From: an uncultured Verrucomicrobiae bacterium
GTDB lineage: Bacteria; Verrucomicrobiota; Verrucomicrobiia; Chthoniobacterales; UBA10450
Assembly: GCA_963815455.1 (NCBI GenBank)
Contig: CAWFGO010000001.1
Location: 512,001 to 576,000, forward strand
Direction: 5' to 3'
DNA length: 64,000 nucleotides
How positions within the stretch are numbered: the stretch's first letter is position 1; each line of letters starts with the position of its first letter. Under the pieces are notes generated by a model, which saw only the letters and a list, made by a program, of their open reading frames with translations, was not told where the DNA came from and did no database searches. Positions 41,114 to 51,500 of this stretch are shown one piece after another. A program made the position numbers and the translations under genes.

Positions 41114-42688
41114 TTACAAGCTAGGATCGCGCGGGAATTTGGCGTAAGGCAAACGCGTGCCGCGGTAAATGAATTCGTCGGAACGGATTGAGTCGGGCGC
41201 GAGAAAATCGTGGGTACCGGATGCGCCGACGATGTCGTCCTGGTCGACGCCGTCGCCACTGATCCCAATCGCACCGATGAGCACGCCGTTACGATAAAGT
41301 CCAAATGATCCGGGAAAAATCGTGATGCCGTTGGGAAGCTCCGGGTTGAGCACGAACGCGGTGTTCGCCGTGATGCCGTTCACATCACAATGATCGCCCA
41401 GTAGACCGGAAAACGCTTCCTGTTGCCCGTTGAATGGTCCGGGAGGGTTGGCGTTGATGCCGGGTGGATAATTACATTGAGCGAGAAAACCAACACAGCG
41501 GACCGACATGGCAACGTCCAGGCCGAAGCCGAGAAAATCAGTTTTCGAATAATAAATGACAGTGCGCGCTTTTTGCACCGCCACGTCCCAGCTGAACAAG
41601 GTCGCTTCGCCGACGCGAAATGTGCCCAGAACCGTCGGGGCAACCCCCGGCATGTCGGGATTATTGACCACCGTAATGAACACCTTCATGGGCGTGCCGA
41701 TCGGCAATCGAATGGCGGCGCGCGTTATTTTCGCCCGGGCCGCAGCATAATCGATAATGCTCATCACTTCAGGCGCGGTGAGTCGGGCCTGGCCATCGAT
41801 CGGCGCCGGGAAAAACGGATCGTCAATGATCGGCTGGCGAATTTCGCCGCTCACGTTGCCAAACGTCGCACTGGGATATGGAAACGGCGCAGGCGCACCG
41901 AGGATCACAGGGTATTGCGGGTCGGGGTTGCCTTGCACCACGATCTTCTTCGTCTTTTTTGTCGTCGACTTCGTATAGACAAGCCGAATGCCGTTGATGA
42001 ACGCTTTATCTGCCGTGATCGACGATGCAGACGTATAGCCTTTCTGGCCGGCCAGTGCGATGTCTTCGTCCTTGTCCGAACCGGCAATGTAAATGAACGG
42101 ATTTTGATCCCGAAACCCGGCAATCGGCCCCGGCGTTCCGTCGCCGCTCACGCCGATTCCGCCGACCAGGTGGCCGCCCTTATAAAGCGGCAGACCGCCG
42201 GGCGTTCCGTCGAGTGATGTGAAGGGCACTGGCAGGATCGACAATCCCGGCTGCTGATTGAACACAATCACGCTGCCGGGCTTCCGGAATTTATTGATGT
42301 CGGAGAAAAATAGGTTCGACAACCCAACGCCCACCAGTGGACCGGGCTCGGTGTTGTTCACACCGGGCGGAAAATGTTGCTGGATGATGAATCCGGCTGT
42401 GCGCGAGCTAAAAGCGTTCTGATCGCTGCTCAAGTACGCCGCGGTGCCGGCCTTTGAAACGGCAGAGGCGATCTCGGGATCGGTCGCCGCTCCACCGCGC
42501 ACGACCCAAACGGCGAGGACGTCGCCTTCGCGGTCAGTGACGGCGATGACGCTATTGGGCGAAATGGTCCTCGCCCGGGTAATGGCTTGATTGACAATCT
42601 TGGTTACATCCGCGGCAGTCAGCTGGGCAAAAGCCGGAGTCGCGAGAAGAACCATGGCGGCGAAAACGAGCAGGGCGCGAGTTTTCAT
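41114..42688 (-). CDS. Secreted heme-binding protein with two GlcG/HbpS domains
   Basis: Signal peptide; KAGTAAY...GGLPLYKGGHLVGGIGVSG and KARTV...LYRNGVLIGAIGISGDGVDQDD. Confidence 0.85.
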   Translation of the reverse strand: MKTRALLVFAAMVLLATPAFAQLTAADVTKIVNQAITRARTISPNSVIAVTDREGDVLAVWVVRGGAATDPEIASAVSKAGTAAYLSSDQNAFSSRTAGFIIQQHFPPGVNNTEPGPLVGVGLSNLFFSDINKFRKPGSVIVFNQQPGLSILPVPFTSLDGTPGGLPLYKGGHLVGGIGVSGDGTPGPIAGFRDQNPFIYIAGSDKDEDIALAGQKGYTSASSITADKAFINGIRLVYTKSTTKKTKKIVVQGNPDPQYPVILGAPAPFPYPSATFGNVSGEIRQPIIDDPFFPAPIDGQARLTAPEVMSIIDYAAARAKITRAAIRLPIGTPMKVFITVVNNPDMPGVAPTVLGTFRVGEATLFSWDVAVQKARTVIYYSKTDFLGFGLDVAMSVRCVGFLAQCNYPPGINANPPGPFNGQQEAFSGLLGDHCDVNGITANTAFVLNPELPNGITIFPGSFGLYRNGVLIGAIGISGDGVDQDDIVGASGTHDFLAPDSIRSDEFIYRGTRLPYAKFPRDPSL

Positions 42689-43002
42689 AGGGCCGATTTA
42701 TCAGGTTTTATCCTCATTAGCCACGAAAAAGCGGCTGGCGAAAATCCGGGATTTCCGCGCTCCGGGGCTCAACGAGGTCGGCCTGCGAATTCGCTGCTAC
42801 TGTCACGACGGGTTCTTATCATTCCCGGCCTGTAGGTAAACGACCAAGTCATATCGACGACCCGAAGTGGGCCTGGCTTGGCCCGCCAGCGAACTAGTGT
42901 TCATTAACATCGTATCGAACCATCGCTGGTATCAAAATCCGGGCTGCTGCGCACTCACAAAAAGAGAATATTTGGGGGTTGGGCTTGCGATCACCCTTAC
43001 GC

Positions 43003-45795
43003 TTAAGGCAAGCCAGAGCCGATGCTCGATTTGATCGAAGCTGCGTCAGTCGCGTTGATTACGCCATTGGCGTTTACGTCCGAGCGAAAGTTCGCTGCGT
43101 CGACAGGCTGTCCGATGCGTGACTTGGTTTGGGCAACATCGGCAGAACTGACCGTGCTGCTGGCGTTCGTATCGCCGACAAGGACTGACATGGTTCGTGA
43201 CACATTTCCAATGTTTCCAGACGCGTCCTGAACCGTGTTCAACGTGACGGTTGTCAGCTGCGCGTTGGGGACACTCGTGAGATTGACAGTGTACTCGTTT
43301 GGATTTGGTCCAATCGAGCCGCCGTTCACGGTTCCGCCGGTGGCCGTGGCGCTGCTGACACTTGTCAGGTTATTCATGAAACTGAAGACCAACTGGTAAG
43401 CCGCACTCGCTCCCCCGCTGCGGCATTCGATCCCAGGAAGAGCAACACTAAACGTGCCCGCACTGCCGTGCGTTTTGCGGGATGCGGCGCCGGTCAAAGA
43501 AGGAGCAACGGTAAACTGCTCGATCAAAGTCTGATCGTCCGGAGAGCCATCAGAATAATGCTCGCCGACCGCCCAACAGTCCGATCCCGAAACACACGCG
43601 AGGCTGTAGAGCGCGTTATGGCGAGTTGTCGAAAAATTTGGTGAACTGACGATTGACCAGGACGTCCCGTCCCATTGCTCGGTTAGCGTCCGATAAAACC
43701 CACCAGTCGAGTAGGTCCCAACCGCCCAACATTGTGAGCTGGTTGCACATTTTACGCCCTCCAAGAGATATTGCGACGAACCGCTGTTTGGCGTAATTTG
43801 CCATGACGTTCCATTCCAGTGCTCAATTAGACCTCCGGCGCCAGTAAACAAGCCCACCGCCCAGCAATCAGTAAGCGAATTGCAGGTTACGGCATTTAGG
43901 AATTCTTCATTGCCAGCACCGGTGCTGGGCGCGGCTACAAGTGACCATGCCGTCCCATTCCATCGTTCAATCAACGCCTTGCGCACGCCACCGGTATCGG
44001 CGTACCAACCCACGGCCCAGCAACTGGAGCTCGATGTGCAGGTGACTGCGTTAAGCCAATTCCATCCGGTCGATGCGTTCGGCGAGCTCACCACCGCCCA
44101 TGCCGCTCCGTTCCAGTGCTCAATCAGAGTCCGATAGGCACCGACGCCATTGTCATAATAAGCCCCTACGGCCCAGCAACTCGAAGATGAGGCGCACGCA
44201 ACGCCATAAATGACGCCCTCGATATCTGGCGAAGGCATGATCGCCCAGGCACTGCCATTCCAATGTTTCATCAACGGTCGATTGGTGTATCCGACCGCCC
44301 AGCAGTCACTCGGAGATACGCAGGCCACATCTGCTAGGACACCATCCCCTGCGGCCACAATCGTCCATTGTGTGCCGTCCCAATGCTGAATCAGACCTTT
44401 GGGGATATTGGCGTCGTAATGGCCAACCGCCCAGCAATCAGAAGCCGACGTGCAGGTTACTCCCGAGAGATTGTTGGCTTGAATACCCGCGGTGTTGGCC
44501 GAATTCACGACAGCCCACGAACTTCCGTTCCAACGCTGGGCCAGGGTTTGTTCGACGATGGGGCTGTCGAGCTTGTAACGGCCGACGCTCCAACAGTTGG
44601 CCGCAGAGGTGCAGGCGACGCCGTAAAGCCGGTCGTCAGCGGCACTGGCATTTGGGGAAGCAATGAGGGACCATGTGTTTCCGTCCCAGTGTTCCACCAG
44701 AGTCCTGTAGCGGTTGAACGAACCCACAGCCCAGCAATTCTGTGTCGAAACACACGTCAGACCAGAGAGTTGATTATCCTCCTGGGCGCCTGTGTTAGGC
44801 GAGTTAACAACTGTCCATGAACTTCCATTCCACCTCTCGATCAACGTCTGAGCGTAGCCATTGTTGTTGAACTCCCCTACGGACCAGCATTCTGAGACTG
44901 AAATGCATCTTACGGCATGCAAATAACTGTACATTCCAACGTTTGGAGAACCGACAACGGACCAACTCGCGCCGTCCCAATGCTCAACGAGTGTTCGATC
45001 TTCTCCGAATCCGCCATCGTCGACGTGATAGTAGCCAACGCCCCAGCAGTTTGACGGCGAAAGACACGCGACACCGTCGAGGCTGCTGGTCTCGGTCGGA
45101 CTTGGAGAAGCAACGATCGACCAGGAAGCGCCGTTCCAATGTTCGGTCAGAGTCTTCGGTGCGCCGTTTTCGTCAAAGAAACCCACAGCCCAGCAGTCGG
45201 ACGCGGATGTGCAGGTGACCGACATAAGCGCATTGGATTCTTCATCGTTTAGGTTGGGCGAAGCGACGACCGACCATGAAAGTCCATCCCAATGCTCCAC
45301 CAGCGTTTTTTGGACAAATGACAGAGTGTGATACTCGCCCACAGCCCAGCAATTCGAAGCCGAGACGCAGATTACGCTGTAAAGGATATTGTATTCTGTG
45401 ACGACATTCGGCGAGGCAATGATCGACCAAGCCGTCCCGTCCCAATGCTCAATCAGCGTCTGATGTCCGTAATGAACGTTCTGATATTCGCCGACCGCCC
45501 AGCAATCGGACGCCGAAACACATGTGACGCTATAAAGCCAATTGGGCTCGGCGCGGTCGTTCTTGTTTGGCGACGGAACCAAGGCCCATTCGCCTACTGC
45601 GGGGATTAACGCCGCGCCGCTCGCATTCTTCTCTGCGATTGGAGAGTTAGAGATTAGATGCCGCTCCGTTTCGGGCGACGAACTCGCCGATAGACTAAGC
45701 AGAGCCAACGCAACGCCAACTAGAGAGAATACGAAACCCAGCAGAACGCGTGGATTAAAGATGCCGGCCTGGCGGCGACGTCGATATTGGTGCAC
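43003..45795 (-). CDS. Secreted Cys/Trp-repeat (probable double beta-propeller) protein with C-terminal dockerin-like domain
   Basis: 14 repeats of L.GV.C.S...CW.VG...L.EHW.G..W; then SRKTHG..ECR module and GDTN...SDVNANGVINATD. Probable GTG start at 45795. Confidence 0.8.
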   Translation of the reverse strand: MHQYRRRRQAGIFNPRVLLGFVFSLVGVALALLSLSASSSPETERHLISNSPIAEKNASGAALIPAVGEWALVPSPNKNDRAEPNWLYSVTCVSASDCWAVGEYQNVHYGHQTLIEHWDGTAWSIIASPNVVTEYNILYSVICVSASNCWAVGEYHTLSFVQKTLVEHWDGLSWSVVASPNLNDEESNALMSVTCTSASDCWAVGFFDENGAPKTLTEHWNGASWSIVASPSPTETSSLDGVACLSPSNCWGVGYYHVDDGGFGEDRTLVEHWDGASWSVVGSPNVGMYSYLHAVRCISVSECWSVGEFNNNGYAQTLIERWNGSSWTVVNSPNTGAQEDNQLSGLTCVSTQNCWAVGSFNRYRTLVEHWDGNTWSLIASPNASAADDRLYGVACTSAANCWSVGRYKLDSPIVEQTLAQRWNGSSWAVVNSANTAGIQANNLSGVTCTSASDCWAVGHYDANIPKGLIQHWDGTQWTIVAAGDGVLADVACVSPSDCWAVGYTNRPLMKHWNGSAWAIMPSPDIEGVIYGVACASSSSCWAVGAYYDNGVGAYRTLIEHWNGAAWAVVSSPNASTGWNWLNAVTCTSSSSCWAVGWYADTGGVRKALIERWNGTAWSLVAAPSTGAGNEEFLNAVTCNSLTDCWAVGLFTGAGGLIEHWNGTSWQITPNSGSSQYLLEGVKCATSSQCWAVGTYSTGGFYRTLTEQWDGTSWSIVSSPNFSTTRHNALYSLACVSGSDCWAVGEHYSDGSPDDQTLIEQFTVAPSLTGAASRKTHGSAGTFSVALPGIECRSGGASAAYQLVFSFMNNLTSVSSATATGGTVNGGSIGPNPNEYTVNLTSVPNAQLTTVTLNTVQDASGNIGNVSRTMSVLVGDTNASSTVSSADVAQTKSRIGQPVDAANFRSDVNANGVINATDAASIKSSIGSGLP

Positions 45796-45950
45796 GTATC
45801 CGTTGTACCCTACGCCCGCCAAAAGGACTACGAAATTCGCCCGGTCCGAGGCGCTTAATTCGGTCTCCCATGGTCTGATCCGAACCGAGGCAAGCATGCT
45901 TGGGGTTGAGCTTGCAAGCAAGGGCCCTTTTCCGGCATCCTCGCCCTCCC

Positions 45951-48074
45951 ATGCGCTGGTCAAATCAGGGCCATGCCGGCGCAACGTTGCGCTGGACAGG
46001 GTTGGTGTTCGCCGGACTTCTCGTCTGGAAGGTCGTCGGCGTGGCTCGCGCACAAACGGTCGAGGTTCAAGCCGCGTCCAGAGGCGGGCCGTTGGTGGAA
46101 TTGGTAAGCGCGCGACGCTCCCCGCCCGACGCTCAATGTCGGGTGGAAGTGTTTAGTTTTGCCAATGTCGATGTCGTCGGACGAAACGAGGACGCCGGAG
46201 AAATTGAGCCTCTCTCCCCCTCGCAATTCAATCCTGATCCCGGCGCTGGTGGACAAATCGAGCCGTTGGCGCCGCCCGAGCTTTTTCCACCGATCCTTCC
46301 TCAGCTTCCCGATTACGGAGAGGAACCGTTGCCGCGATCTCTAGAGCTTCCGCGTAAAGGAGTGCGCGAGATCGTTCCCCGTCGCAAGAAACTCGAATAC
46401 GAAACCTATCCGGAATCGGAGCAAGGCCAGGGGCTCCTGCCCAGCTCAACACCGGTGCCGAATCGATGGTTCATCGGATTCGGCCGGTGGAAACGGTATG
46501 CCGATCCGTCAACCGAAACAACTTATCAGTCGGACCTGCATCTCTGGCATCCGTACTTGCAAAGCAAATTCAAAGGCGACGCGCCGATCATCGGCCAGGA
46601 CATTTTCCTCAACCTCACCGCGGAAGATTTCTTTCAGTTCGAGACCCGCAGACTGCCTACGCCGAGCGGGGTGAGCGCGGCTCAGCCGAACAGTTCGGAA
46701 TTTTTTGGGCGGAGCGAACAGCTTTTTTACGCGAATGATTTTTCCATCGGAATTGATTTGTTCAAAGGCGAGACGGCGTTCAAGCCGGTCGAATGGGCGG
46801 TGCGAATCCTCGGCGTCTACAACCACAACTACACCGACGTGGAGGAGAACAAGATCATTAATCCCAATCCGCAGAATGGCACTACTCGCGAAAAGGAGTT
46901 TTTCTCGCTGCAGGAGGCATTCGCCGAGATTCACATCCGCGATCTGTCCAGCAATTACGATTTCATTTCCTCCCGCATCGGTATTCAGCCGTTCGTGAGC
47001 GATTTTCGCGGGTTCATTTTCAACGATACAAACCTGGGCATTCGCATTTTCGGTAACTACGACAACAACCGCTGGCAGTACAACATCGCCGCGTTCGACA
47101 TGCTGGAGAAGGACACCTACTCGGACTTGAACGAGTTCAAAATGCGCGACCAGCAAGTCTATGTGGCAAACGTCTTCCGGCAGGACCTGATCTGGAAGGG
47201 TTATACGGGCGAGTTGAGTTTTCTGGGCAACTTCGACAATACCAGCCGGCATTACGACAAGAACGGATTCGTCACCCGGCCGTCGCCGATTGGCACAGTC
47301 GCCGATCACTACGTGCAAGCGTATTATCTCGGTTGGGCGGGCGACGGACACATCGGCTGGCTCAATATCGACCACGCGTATTATCATGTCGTCGGTCAGG
47401 AAGGATTAAACGGAGTCGCCGGGCGGCGGATCGACATCAGCGCTGATATGGCTGCGCTGGAACTCTCCATCGATAAGGATTGGCTCCGTCACAAGATCTC
47501 AGTGTTCTACGGCAGCGGCGATTCGCGCCCGACTAATGGCACCGGCACCGGATTCGACACCGTGCTCGACCGCCCATTCTTTGTCGGCGGCCCCTTCAGT
47601 TTCTTTTCGCATCAAGGATTCAATCTCGGCGGCACGGCGGTGAATTTTAAGCAACGTGACAGTCTGGTGATCGATTTCCGCTCGAGCAAGGCTGAAGGTC
47701 AGGCCAATTTCGTGAATCCCGGCGTCTTCATTGCCGGTTACGGCCTCGATGCCGATATCCTGCCGAAGCTGCGGGCATTCATGAATGTAAATTACATCCG
47801 CACCATCGACACTGCGGTAACCGAGCTGGTCCTTTTCACCAATCATTCCAGCAACGATTTCGGGCTCGATTGCAGCCTCGGTTTTGAATGGCGGCCGTTG
47901 CTCACCGATAACATTATCATTACCGCCGGCGCGGGCTTCTTCGTTCCGCGCTGGGGTTACAAATTTATTTATCGCACGAACACCGTGCCGGTGCCCGGAT
48001 ACGACAACCCGCCAGCCGGCCAGGTCGATGATTTTCTCTACAGCGGAATCGTGACGCTGACGCTGACCTACTGA
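45951..48074 (+). CDS. Large outer-membrane beta-barrel (porin-like) protein
   Basis: Signal-like N-terminus, Pro-rich linker, aromatic beta-strands and C-terminal LTLTY; directly upstream of the multiheme cytochrome. Confidence 0.7.
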   Translation: MRWSNQGHAGATLRWTGLVFAGLLVWKVVGVARAQTVEVQAASRGGPLVELVSARRSPPDAQCRVEVFSFANVDVVGRNEDAGEIEPLSPSQFNPDPGAGGQIEPLAPPELFPPILPQLPDYGEEPLPRSLELPRKGVREIVPRRKKLEYETYPESEQGQGLLPSSTPVPNRWFIGFGRWKRYADPSTETTYQSDLHLWHPYLQSKFKGDAPIIGQDIFLNLTAEDFFQFETRRLPTPSGVSAAQPNSSEFFGRSEQLFYANDFSIGIDLFKGETAFKPVEWAVRILGVYNHNYTDVEENKIINPNPQNGTTREKEFFSLQEAFAEIHIRDLSSNYDFISSRIGIQPFVSDFRGFIFNDTNLGIRIFGNYDNNRWQYNIAAFDMLEKDTYSDLNEFKMRDQQVYVANVFRQDLIWKGYTGELSFLGNFDNTSRHYDKNGFVTRPSPIGTVADHYVQAYYLGWAGDGHIGWLNIDHAYYHVVGQEGLNGVAGRRIDISADMAALELSIDKDWLRHKISVFYGSGDSRPTNGTGTGFDTVLDRPFFVGGPFSFFSHQGFNLGGTAVNFKQRDSLVIDFRSSKAEGQANFVNPGVFIAGYGLDADILPKLRAFMNVNYIRTIDTAVTELVLFTNHSSNDFGLDCSLGFEWRPLLTDNIIITAGAGFFVPRWGYKFIYRTNTVPVPGYDNPPAGQVDDFLYSGIVTLTLTY

Positions 48075-48568
48075 TGAAGAAGAAGACGCCGAAAGCCCAA
48101 CGCCGAAGGCCGACGATTCAATGGAATCGTGTGAGCGAGGACCAAGGCACCTACCCAGGCAAGGCAAAAACGTTCAACGCTCAACGTTCAACGTTCAACG
48201 TTCAACGACAGAGTGAACCGCGTTTCGACTTGGAAGAACGGTTGCTTGAATTCAGCGCACGGATTATTCGATTGGTAAACGCACTGCCAAACACGAGAGC
48301 TGCGAACCACGTAGCCGGCCAGTTACTTCGCTGCGGAACTTCTCCATTCGGAAACCACGGCGAGGTTCAGGCAGCGGAATCAAGAAAGGATTTCGTGCAC
48401 AAGCTCCGTATATGTCTGAAGGAGCTGAAAGAAACCAAGCGCTGGCTGCGACTGATTGAACGCGCGGCATTACTCCCAGATTCAGAAACGGGACCTCTGC
48501 TTCGAGAAACGGAAGAGCTCATCAAGATCTTTTTCACCAGCATTCGCACGATAGAGAAGAACGCATGA
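48074..48568 (+). CDS. Four-helix-bundle protein (23S rRNA IVP / TIGR02436-type family)
   Basis: DLEERLLEFSARII...QLLRCGTS..N..E...AESRKDFVHKLRICLKELKET..WLRLI...ETEELIKIF. Confidence 0.9.
   Translation: MKKKTPKAQRRRPTIQWNRVSEDQGTYPGKAKTFNAQRSTFNVQRQSEPRFDLEERLLEFSARIIRLVNALPNTRAANHVAGQLLRCGTSPFGNHGEVQAAESRKDFVHKLRICLKELKETKRWLRLIERAALLPDSETGPLLRETEELIKIFFTSIRTIEKNA
48169..48207. repeat. Heptamer repeat arm (TCAACGT)n, left
   Basis: aacgttcaacgctcaacgttcaacgttcaacgttcaacg; reverse complement of the arm at 48589. Confidence 0.88.
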
Positions 48569-51500
48569 CCAGGTCACGCCCCATTTCATTGAACGTTGAG
48601 CGTTGGGCGTTGAACGTTGAACGTTTCCTCCTGCTTTTTGTTTCGATCTCTACAATCCACGCCCAAGAAGCAACTTCCGGCTATGGTCCTCCCACCTCCA
48701 TCCCGGTAACAAGATCGACAATCGCGCCGGTCTCCTTGCCGCCGCGCAACTGGATCAACCAATCCCAGGCCGAGGCCGACGCGAAAAGCATCGGCTGTTT
48801 GCAATGTCATCAAGGCGTCGAGCCGATGCACAAGGCCGAGCAAAACGTCGTGCTCGGCTGCACGGATTGTCATGGAGGAAATCCGGCACGCGGACTGAAA
48901 AAAGAACAGGCTCACATTTTGCCGAACAATAAAGAATTTTGGAAAACATCGGCTAATCCACCAGATTCGAATGTCTGGCTAAATCATGAATCGCCGGAGT
49001 TTATACGGTTCATGAACCCGGGCGATTTGCGCGTGGCGCAGCAATCGTGCGGACTTTGCCACGGCGAAATCATTCGCAACGTCGATCACAGCATGATGAA
49101 CCATGGCGCGATGCTGTGGGGCGCAGCTCTCTATAATAATGGCGGCTTCTACCTTAAGAATTACCGGTTCGGCCAGGCCTATGGCGCAGATGGCGCACCG
49201 TTGAAACTAATCAATTACACGCCGGTCACTCCCGAGGACACCCGGGTGCGCGGCATTCTTCCATTCATCGAGCCCGTACCGCGATTCAACTTGAGCAATC
49301 CGGGCAACATCCTGCGCATCTTCGAGAAAGGCGGTGAAAAACCACTGCAACTCGGGCTTCCCACGAGAAACGAGCCGAATGGTCGGCCGCGTAATCGTCT
49401 TTCCCAGCGCGGTCTCGGCACGCTCAACCGAACCGATCCGGTCTTTCTCGGTATTCAAAAAACGCGGTTACACGATCCGCTGCTCGGATTTCTCGGTTCC
49501 AACGATCATGCGGGCGATTATCGATCAAGCGGTTGCTCGGCTTGTCACGTCGTTTACGCCAACGATCGCTCGCCGACGAATTCCGGTTGGTGGAGCAAGT
49601 ACGGACACCAAGGGCTCAGCTTCACCGAGGATCCCACCATCCCGAAAGTCGAGCGCGGGCATCCGGTCGTGCATCAATTTACGCGTTCGATTCCGTCCAG
49701 CCAATGCATGAACTGTCACATGCATCAGGGAAATTTATTCGTGAATCCATATCTCGGTTACACCTGGTGGGACCAGGAAACCGATGGCGAATTTATGTAT
49801 CCGCTAAAGCAGCACGATCCGACCGACTCCGAACTGGTTAAAGCGGCCATGGTGAATCCCGAAGCCGCCGCCGCCCGCGGGCTGTGGGGTGACAAGCATT
49901 TCCTGGAATCCGTCGCGGAATTGAATCCGCAATTGAAGCACACGCAATTCGCCGATTATCACGGACACGGCTGGGTGTTCCGCGCTGTGTTCAAACACGA
50001 TCGCAAAGGCAACCTGCTTGATCTGGACGACAACAAGATCGACAACGGCGACGCGCAGAAGTTCGCCAAAGCGGTACACTTAAAAGACGTGCATCTCGCG
50101 CACGGAATGCAATGCGGCGATTGCCATTTCGATCTCGATGTTCATGGTAACGGCATGTTGTATGGCGAGCCGCGCAACGCGACGACGATCACGTGCGTCG
50201 ATTGTCACGGCACGATCGAGAAACGTCCGACGCTGGTAACGAGCGGCAACGCCGGCCAGATCGATCTGCTCAACAACAGCAACACTCCGTTCGGGCCGCG
50301 ATTCATTTGGGAAGGCGCCAAGCTTTTCCAGCAATCCAGCATGTCGCCCGATGTGCGCTGGGAAATTCCGCAAACGATTGATACGATTGATCCCCTCTCG
50401 CCGCGCTACAACCCGAAGTCGGCATACGCTAAAACGCTGCAACGTGACCGGTCGACATGGGAGCACAGGCAGCCTGCCTGTGGCGGCGGGCAGCTTGCCC
50501 GCCGAAAACGTCGCGGCTGGCAGCCGCGACCAACAGCTGCACCTGCGCTACCCGAGCAGCGCGCGTCAAACTCGCACACGATAACTCCGCGATGGATTGC
50601 CAAATCTGTCACACCTCATGGGCAACGAGTTGTTTCGGTTGCCATTTGCCGATGAAAGCGAATCAGCGCGTGCCGCTAAACAAGTTTGAGGGCGTTACCG
50701 ACCGCAATTTTACAACCTATAATCCGCAAGTCGTCCGGGACGACGTTTTCATGCTCGGCATTGACGGCAGCGTGAAGAAAAACCGGATGGCTGTGATCCG
50801 TTCGTCGAGCGCGGTCGTGGTCAGCTCGCAAAATCAAAACCGCGAATGGGTTTATTCCCAGGCCCAGACGATTTCTGCCGAAGGTTACAGCGGACAGGCA
50901 TTCAATCCGCATTTTCCCCACACCACGAGCGGAGTCGGCACGACAAAAAATTGCACCGATTGTCATCTGTCGAAGCAAAACGATAACAATGCCTGGATGA
51001 CCCAGTTGTTAGGCTTCGGCACCGGCACGGTAAATTTCTTCGGGCGCTACGCCTACGTCGGCGAAGGGAAACACGGATTTCATGCCGTGGTGTGGACCGA
51101 GCCGGATGAGCCGCAGGCCGCCATCGGCAGTCATCTTCATTCCATCGCTTATCCCGCCAATTACAAAAAGCATGTCGATGCGTGGCGGCGAATTAGAAGA
51201 GGCCTACGAGCATTCCGGCAAAGACATTCAGGACATCGTTTTGCGCGGCGAATATCTTTACACCGCGAATGGTCCCGGCGGCTTTGAGGTCTTCGACGTC
51301 GCCAACATCGACCAGAAAGGATTTTCGGAACGGATCGTCAACGCACCGGTTTCCCCGCTTGGTCAACGCACCCGGATTCACACGAAATACGCAACCAGCA
51401 TCGCCTTGCCCAGCACGCTCGCGCTTGATCCCGCGCGAGAACGTCTCCCCGAGAACGAGGAGCAACCAATCGATCTTTTCTACGCATTCGTTTACATATC

